Below are positions 63,163-64,000 of a stretch of DNA of 64,000 nucleotides, piece after piece (positions within the stretch are counted from its first letter, which is position 1; the number at the start of each line of letters is the position of its first letter). The position numbers and the translations under genes were made by a program. Under the pieces are notes generated by a model. The model made no database searches. It was not told the origin of the DNA and saw nothing but the letters and a program-made list of their open reading frames with translations. The stretch spans positions 88,104,001 through 88,168,000 of the forward strand of contig NW_024704742.1 in assembly GCF_018977255.1 (NCBI RefSeq), read 5' to 3'. The stretch comes from Callorhinchus milii. Its lineage: Eukaryota.

Positions 63163-64000
63163 AGAAAGCCTCTGTTCTTCTTTGAAATAGCAACAACAGA
63201 GCATTTTTTTTTACATTCTCCTGAATCATAACAATACCATTTACATTTATATAGTGCCTTTCAAGTTGGGAGGATATCTCCATCAAAGTGCTTTACACAG
63301 CTGTCTGGCGACCGGAGCTAGGGTTGGGGGTGGGGGCTTAAAGGGGGGTGGGGGAGAGAAAGATGACAAAAAAGCTCTGTCAAAGAGATGTCTTAGCAAA
63401 GAGATAAGTCTTAAAAAATAGTTGAGTCTTAACAAAGAGGTAAGTCTTAACAAAGAGGTGAGAAGGTGGGTTTTAAAATCGAGAAGGGAAGGAGCAAAGC
63501 AGAAGGAGGCCATGGGATGGTCCAAGGGGGAAACATCATATATAACAATTGCAATTGGATTCATTAAAGAAGCAGTTTGAAGCTGAACTATGAAGAAGGT
63601 AGGATGGGTATTCTGATGAATGAGATCAAATGGGCTGAAGGACTTTCATCAGTTGAACATTTTTGTGGGGTTGAGCATGCGATGCCAAGCTGGGCAGAGG
63701 GTGAAAGTTGACTGGAGGCATGCTCTAAACTCTGTTCCTTCATCACAGCAGTCCTTGCCAGGGTTCATTGGCTCCCTATCACAGAATGGATCGACTTCAA
63801 GATGAGGGTGAAGAGCGGGGAATATTCAGCCATGTTCTTAATGGTAAAAAAAATGAATGGAACTGTTTCAAAGAGCCAGCACAGAGCTCATTGTTTTGTG
63901 CGTGGTAAATTTTACAAGGTAAGGCACATAGCATTTTTGGTACAGGTCTGGACAGAATAGCTTTGCGCTTCCCCCCCACTTCCACCCTCCCCACCAATTC

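Overview
Vertebrate non-coding DNA, most likely from a cartilaginous fish (chimaera/elephant-shark-like), judged from the repeats: tRNA-derived Deu-type SINEs with L2-like tails, plus CR1 and L2 LINE fragments. No intact protein-coding exon was found; the long ORFs come from decayed LINEs, a minisatellite or low-complexity DNA. The main functional element is a minus-strand promoter and non-coding first exon at ~45314-45450. It resembles, from memory and not from an alignment, the X-box-rich 5' UTR of RFX1-3 family genes, best RFX3. If so, 1-45313 is intron 1 and the coding exons lie left of the window. Notable structure: G-rich tracts pointing away from the promoter on both sides; intronic X-box candidates; a candidate uORF exon or microexon; a CpG-rich element with a CTCF-like motif ~11 kb upstream; a TSD-flanked palindromic Penelope-like insert with a degenerate hammerhead ribozyme; an unclassified A-tailed structured repeat family; and several recent local inverted or direct duplications. 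Repeat boundaries were read by eye and are approximate.
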